From Macrostomum lignano (taxonomy: Eukaryota): a stretch of 64,000 bases of DNA. A program made the translations under genes and the position numbers. The stretch lies in assembly GCA_002269645.1 (NCBI GenBank), contig NIVC01002239.1:155696-219695 (forward strand). The letters are read 5' to 3'. Shown one piece after another: positions 41,601 through 64,000 of this stretch; within the stretch, counting starts at the first letter, position 1; each line of letters opens with the position of its first letter. The notes beneath the pieces are model-generated. The model worked only from the letters and a program-made list of their open reading frames with translations, had not been told where the DNA came from and made no database searches.

Positions 41601-41790
41601 CTGAGTCATGCACTCGCTGACACCAGGCTGAGTCATGCACTCGCTGACACCAGGCTGAGTCATGCACTCGCTGACACCAGGCTGAGTCATGCACTCGCTG
41701 ACACCAGGCTGAGTCATGCACTCGCTGACATCAGGCTGAGTCATGCACTCGCTGACACCAGGCTGAGTCATGCACTCGCTAACACCAGGT
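41601..41790. repeat. 27-bp minisatellite (GT32 intron)
   Basis: GCTGAGTCATGCACTCGCTGACACCAG, about 7 copies. Confidence 0.95.
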
Positions 41791-41876
41791 CGTTGCAGCT
41801 CCAGCTGACATCCCTTAGAGGATCTTCGCAAATCACTGCAGGCTACAGAAGGGTCATCAATTGGAGTTTAATATGA

Positions 41877-42220
41877 ACACTGGGATATCAATTAGTGTCT
41901 GAGCACTGGGATATCAGTTAGTGTCTGAGCACTGGGATATCAATTAGTGTGTCTGAGCACTGGGATATCAATTAGTGTGTCTGAGCACTGGGATATCAGT
42001 TAGTGTCTGAGCACTGGGATATCAATTAGTGTGTCTGAGCACTGGGATATCAATTAGTGTGTCTGAGCACTGGGATATCAATTAGTGTGTCTGAGCACTG
42101 GGATATCAGTTAGTGTGTCTGAGAACTGGGATATCAGTTAGTGTGTCTGAGCACTGGGATATCAGTTAGTGTGTCTGAGTACTGGGATATCAGTTAGTGT
42201 GTCTGAGCACTGGGATATCA
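41877..42220. repeat. 26/28-bp minisatellite (GT32 intron)
   Basis: CACTGGGATATCAATTAGTGTGTCTGAG variants. Confidence 0.95.
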
Positions 42221-43529
42221 GGACACCTGAACAGGCCGTTCAGAAGCCCTTACTTTCATGAACTTGTTTGCACAATTTTCTGTAGTCATGAAGCGCGTCG
42301 TCAATCAGCAGCAGCGTCACCTCGTGCCTCCTGGTGGCGTTGTCTGTCCACCAGCTCTGCAGCTGGCTGGTGAGCAGGTCGGGACCCGTGGTCGGGCCGG
42401 CGCCTCCCGTCTTGTCGTCCACTTCCATCATGGCGAACACGAGACGCAGGAAGAACGGGTGTCCGGGCACGGATCCCATGGCGCTGTTCATGGCGCTGAA
42501 GTCCTTGCCGTAGAGAATCACAGCGTGCTCCTTGGCCTCCTGGTCCACGAAGGCCGTGAGGTTTTCGAGGCTCGGGAAGAACGGCTTCGCGCACTCGACG
42601 TCCATGTCGATGTAGATGCCTGGAATGGACACTTCTGTACATTAGTGCGAAACGAACTCCTCCCAGATTCTTACTGTAGTAGAGCAGTGGCTCTAGCTCG
42701 CACCAACCCATACTGATCTCAATACCTGAAACAATGACCTTTATATGTATTCAATGTCATTTCGATGGACTAAATTGAACTTTTTCATAGTGATTGGAGG
42801 TTCGAAGCATTCGAAAGCAGGATGCTTTACCCACCTCCGAAGTGATGCAGAACCATATAGCGGATGCTGTCTCCTCGCTGCACGTGCATCCGGAATGAGA
42901 GGTACTTCCGCATGAAGAACGGGTAATATTCGCTGATGAAAGCCACAATGTCCTTCTCCGTCAACAGGTAGTACTCCCAGTCGGGGTTCAGTGCTCAATG
43001 TACTTCCTGTACTCGTTGAACACCTTCCGAGTCTCGAAGGTCTGGTGAAGGATCTTCGGTATCGCTCCATACCCAGGCTCCTGATCGACCTTCGCGCTGC
43101 CACTCTGAAGTCGTGGCTTGCTTGGCTGCCAGAGCAGCTCGGATGCAACCAGCAGCACGGCCTGACGCAGGATAAGCGGCGTTTAAACCAACCCAGACTG
43201 GCTACTCGCAGTAGTTAGTATTCTTCCCCTGGTGTTGGTTGAACACCACTGCACGCCCCTAGTGCCATTTGCATAATATTGCAGACCCTACTGGCCTACT
43301 GGTGAACAGTAGTTTAAGTCCTGCTACAGTGCTCAGAATGTAGGGCGTTTATTGAAATTCTTTACAGGAACCCGCTACTCATTACTGAGCCCAGCTCAAT
43401 GAGTATAGTCAGCATTCAATGAGTTTTCTGTGAGCAAACTAAGTAAAATACTTAGCCTTCAGGCGGAGGAAGAGCCCCAGCTGCTTACCACTGAATCTCC
43501 AACAATTGACTGCCGCAAATCGACCGCCT

Positions 43530-44487
43530 AACCCTAACTTTAACCCTAACCCTAACCAAACCCTAGCCTAAATCTAAACCCTAACCTTACTAACCCTAAA
43601 CCTAAACCCTAACCTTACTAACCCTAAACCTAAACCCTAACCTTACTAACCCTAAACCTAAACCCTAACCTTACTAACCCTAAACCTAAACCCTAACCTT
43701 ACTAACCCTAAACCTAAACCCTAACCTTACTAACCCTAAATCTAAACCCTAACCTTACTAACCCTAAACCTAAACCCTAACCTTACTAACCCTAAACCTA
43801 AACCCTAACCTTACTAACCCTAAACCTAAACCCTAACCTTACTAACCCTAAACCTAAACCCTAACCTTACTAACCCTAAACCTAAACCCTAACCTTACTA
43901 ACCCTTAATCTAAACCCTAACCTTACTAACCCTAAACCTAAACCCTAACCTTACTAACCCTAAACCTAAACCCTAACCTTACTAACCCTAAACCTAAACC
44001 CTAACCTTACTAACCCTAAACCTAAACCCTAACCTTACTAACCCTAAACCTAAACCCTAACCTTACTAACCCTAATCCTAAACCCTAACCTTACTAACCC
44101 TAAACCTAAACCCTAACCTTACTAACCCTAAACCTAAACCCTAACCTTACTAACCCTAATCCTAAACCCTAACCTTACTAACCCTAAACCTAAACCCTAA
44201 CCTTACTAACCCTAAACCTAAACCCTAACCTTACTAACCCTAATCCTAAACCCTAACCTTACTAACCCTAAACCTAAACCCTAACCTTACTAACCCTAAA
44301 CCTAAACCCTAACCTTACTAACCCTAATCCTAAACCCTAACCTTACTAACCCTAAACCTAAACCCTAACCTTACTAACCCTAATCCTAAACCCTAACCTT
44401 ACTAACCCTAAACCTAAACCCTAACCTTACTAACCCTAAACCTAAACCCTAACCTTACTAACCCTAAACCTAAACCCTAACCCTAAG
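43530..44487. repeat. 28-bp telomere-derived minisatellite (interstitial, in a GT32 intron)
   Basis: TAACCCTAAACCTAAACCCTAACCTTAC, about 31 copies, flanked by CCCTAA hexamers. Confidence 0.95.
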
Positions 44488-44608
44488 CCGAACTTAAATA
44501 GTCAGCAGTCGATTGTCGCTGACAATTTGTGCTCCTCTTACCGTCAGCGCTGTGATGCCAAAGACAAATCTGAAGCGATAGACGCAATGTAGCGAATTGC
44601 GACTCAGG

Positions 44609-46455
44609 TCGGAGCTACTCAGGTAAGCTGATGTCGGAGCTACTCAGGTAAGCTGATGTCGGAGCTGCTCAGGTAAGCTGATGTCGGAGCTGCTCAAAGG
44701 TAAGCTGATGTCAGAGCTGCTCAAAGGTAAGCTGATGTCGGAGCTGCTCAAAGGTAAGCTGATGTCGGAGCTGCTCAGGTAAGCTGATGTCGGAGCTGCT
44801 CAAAGGTAAGCTGATGTCGGAGCTGCTCAGGTAAACTGATGTCGGAGCTGCTCAGGTAAGCTGATGTCGGAGCTGCTCAGGTAAGCTGATGTCGGAGCTG
44901 CTCAAAGGTAAGCTGATGTCGGAGCTGCTCAGGTAAGCTGATGTCGGAGCTGCTCAAAGGTAAGCTGATGTCGGAGCTGCTCAAAGGTAAGCTGATGTCG
45001 GAGCTGCTCAGGTAAGCTGATGTCGGAGCTGCTCAAAGGTAAGCTGATGTCGGAGCTGCTCAGGTAAACTGATGTCGGAGCTGCTCAGGTAAGCTGATGT
45101 CGGAGCTGCTCAGGTAAGCTGATGTCGGAGCTGCTCAAAGGTAAGCTGATGTCGGAGCTGCTCAGGTAAGCTGATGTCGGAGCTGCTCAAAGGTAAGCTG
45201 ATGTCGGAGCTGCTCACAGTTAAGCTGATGTCGGAGCTGCTCAGGTAAACTGATGTCGGAGCTGCTCAAAGTTAAGCTGATGTCGGAGCTGCTCAGGTAA
45301 ACTGATGTTGGAGCTGCTCAAAGTTAAGCTGATGTCGGAGCTGCTCAGGTAAGCTGATGTCGGAGCTGCTCAGGTAAACTGATGTCGGAGCTGCTCAGGT
45401 AAACTGATGTCGGAGCTGCTCAGGTAAGCTGATGTCGGAGCTGCTCAGGTAAGCTGATGTCGGAGCTGCTCAAAGGTAAGCTGATGTCGGAGCTGCTCAG
45501 GTAAGCTGATGTCGGAGCTGCTCAAAGGTAAGCTGATGTCGGAGCTGCTCAAAGGTAAGCTGATGTCGGAGCTGCTCAGGTAAGCTGATGTCGGAGCTGC
45601 TCAAAGGTAAGCTGATGTCGGAGCTGCTCAGGTAAACTGATGTCGGAGCTGCTCAGGTAAGCTGATGTCGGAGCTGCTCAGGTAAGCTGATGTCGGAGCT
45701 GCTCAAAGGTAAGCTGATGTCGGAGCTGCTCAGGTAAGCTGATGTCGGAGCTGCTCAAAGGTAAGCTGATGTCGGAGCTGCTCACAGTTAAGCTGATGTC
45801 GGAGCTGCTCAGGTAAACTGATGTCGGAGCTGCTCAAAGTTAAGCTGATGTCGGAGCTGCTCAGGTAAACTGATGTCGGAGCTGCTCAAAGTTAAGCTGA
45901 TGTCGGAGCTGCTCAGGTAAGCTGATGTCGGAGCTGCTCAAAGGTAAGCTGATGTCAGAGCTGCTCAAAGGTAAGCTGATGTCGGAGCTGCTCAGGTAAG
46001 CTGATGTCGGAGCTGCTCAAAGGTAAGCTGATGTCGGAGCTGCTCAGGTAAGCTGATGTCGGAGCTGCTCAAAGGTAAGCTGATGTCGGAGCTGCTCAGG
46101 TAAACTGATGTCGGAGCTGCTCAGGTAAGCTGATGTCGGAGCTGCTCAAAGGTAAGCTGATGTCGGAGCTGCTCAAAGGTAAGCTGATGTCGGAGCTGCT
46201 CAGGTAAGCTGATGTCGGAGCTGCTCAAAGGTAAGCTGATGTCAGAGCTGCTCAAAGGTAAGCTGATGTCGGAGCTGCTCAGGTAAGCTGATGTCGGAGC
46301 TGCTCAAAGGTAAGCTGATGTCGGAGCTGCTCAAAGGTAAGCTGATGTCGGAGCTGCTCAGGTAAACTGATGTCGGAGCTGCTCAAAGGTAAGCTGATGT
46401 CGGAGCTGCTCAGGTAAGCTGATGTCGGAGCTGCTCAGGTAAGCTGATGTCGGAG
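44609..46455. repeat. 25/27-bp minisatellite (about 70 copies) with a higher-order duplication
   Basis: GGTAAGCTGATGTCGGAGCTGCTCA(AA). The rare variant CACAGTTAAG recurs at 45215 and 45783. Confidence 0.96.
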
Positions 46456-46631
46456 GTGCTAAAGGTAAGTTTGGCCTCAGCAACGCATGTATAGATTCGC
46501 TGTTCATTTGCACAACTTTGTAACATTCTATTGCAGCCCAACCCACTACAAAATCCACTCTGCCCAGCCATTGTGCGCGCTTCATTGTCAGGCTCGCATT
46601 GTGCTGGCTGTGCGGGTGAGTGTACACTCAG

Positions 46632-46932
46632 CACCCCCCCCCCAACACCCTGCAGCACCCCCAACACCCTGCAGCACCCCCAACACCCTGCAGCACCCCC
46701 CAACACCCTGCAGCACCCCTTATCTCAGCGACCCTCTTTAATACTGCAGTCTAGATGTATAGATTTTATACTTGGAGCGGTAGATAGAGCGGTAGATAGA
46801 GCGGCAGATAGAGCAGTACTGTAGATAGAGCGGTAGATAGAGCGGCAGATAGAGCAGTACTGTAGATAGAGTGGTAGATAGAGCGGTAGATAGAGCGGCA
46901 GATAGAGCAGTACTGTAGATGGAGCGGTAGAT
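46632..46932. repeat. Two short arrays (CAACACCCTGCAGCACCCC; GTAGATAGAGCG)
   Basis: Direct reading at 46632-46718 and 46777-46932. Confidence 0.85.
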
Positions 46933-47454
46933 GCATGCGCAAATTTAAAATTTGCCCAATTCAACAAGAAGAAATCCAGAGAACTCGGAAAAGTGCGCAT
47001 TGAACTTCAAGCATTCAACATGCTGACAAGGTTATTATTTAACACTTCAGGCGTATTAAGCAAGCAGGAACTGAGGCCTTGTCAAGGTGTGCGGGGACTT
47101 AGGGTTTTTACGCCCAGCAGCAGCGCAGCCAAGCAATTCTGATAACATTTATGTGCGGTCAAAATGCAGGTGTAGACACTGGAGAGGAATCATATTCGAG
47201 TAGGTTTGGGCAATCCGACTCATCAAGTCTGGCTGCTATGGTTACCGACGACATTCGCTGACAGCAATAAACAATAATGCAATTTACGCAGTTTACATTC
47301 ACACACAGAGTCAGAGGTGCCTCACAATTATAATTTACCAAAATCTATACAAGTACAATAATATAATATCCTCTATTTGTGACAAGTTTTCATAGAAAAT
47401 ATGGAACTGCAAGAACTTCAACCCAGTAGCGGTCGTTTTTTCTCGAGACCTGCA

Positions 47455-47695
47455 CTGCCTTAAACACAGCCCTAAACACTGCTTTAGACACTGCCTTAAA
47501 CACTGCCTTAAACACTGCCTTAAACACTGCCCTAAACACTGCTTTAGACACTGCCTTAAACACTGCCTTAAACACTGCCCTAAACACTGCTTTAGACACT
47601 GCCCTAAACACTGCTTTAGACACTGCCTTAAACACTGCCTTAAACACTGCCTTAAACACTGCCCTAAACACTGCTTTATACACTGCTTTAAACAC
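47455..47695. repeat. 12-bp repeat TAAACACTGCCT, 3' of the PKC stop
   Basis: Direct reading. Confidence 0.92.
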
Positions 47696-47771
47696 CCACC
47701 GCCGCGAGCCCCTCATCCAGTGTAGCATGTCAGACATCCACAATGAGCTCGGGGGCTCACAGCGCCCGGTG

Positions 47772-63896
<16,125 letters not shown>

Positions 63897-64000
63897 CTAG
63901 AGAGAGTTAAGAGGTCGCGAATATTGATTACAAAAAATCTATAGTATTCAGAGTTTGAACACAGTTTTAACAATGACGGGTCTCTCACCATATAAAATCA

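Larger units (their letters stand above)
40953..44600 (-). pseudogene. GT32 / DXD (Och1/Sur1-like) type-II membrane glycosyltransferase with a frameshift at about 42990 (pseudogene or assembly error). Exons about 44542-44600, 42835-43161, 42254-42619, about 40953-41350
   Basis: TM YRFRFVFGITALT|AVLLVASELLW is spliced over 43162-44541. Then IPKILHQTF..YIEH* shifts to LNPDWEYYL..RGDSIRYMVLHHFG|GIYIDMDVEC..NSAMGSVPGHPFF..TGPDLLT, the hallmark GT32 motifs. The start codon and exact C-terminus are not resolved. Confidence 0.78.

Noticed and set aside
41786-41835. Possible extra GT32 exon (ICEDPLRDVSWSCNDL)
   Set aside because: Weak donor; the flanking exons already join in phase 1 without it.
44609-46455. 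CRISPR-like appearance of regular 25-47-bp repeats here and elsewhere
   Set aside because: Units are head-to-tail with no unique spacers, there are no cas genes, and the context is eukaryotic.

Overview
Eukaryotic (metazoan) genomic DNA with GC-rich exons. By my hand sum about 26 kb (about 40%) is tandem repeat, and almost every intron carries its own mini- or microsatellite. This style, and possible trans-splice acceptors, suggest a free-living flatworm such as Macrostomum; that is an inference, not shown by the sequence. Spliced genes rebuilt by hand with phase-consistent junctions: 3' part of an AAMP/SQT1-like WD40 gene, a GPI-type Ly6/uPAR three-finger gene, a four-EF-hand calmodulin-like gene, PCSK7 (PC7 convertase), CCDC65/DRC2, a type-II membrane FkbM-family methyltransferase (frameshifted), a convergent GT32 DXD glycosyltransferase (frameshifted), and 14 exons of a conventional PKC (minus strand, 5' end outside the window). 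There are also three uncharacterised ORFs. Mobile DNA: a 5'-truncated Penelope-like retroelement (RT + GIY-YIG) with a minimal hammerhead ribozyme, inserted next to a PKC splice donor; a tRNA-derived SINE family (two TSD-flanked copies, one relic); and a probable 4.3-kb non-autonomous Helitron filled with a duplicated compound satellite. Most of the very long ORFs in the supplied track are read-throughs of tandem repeats.
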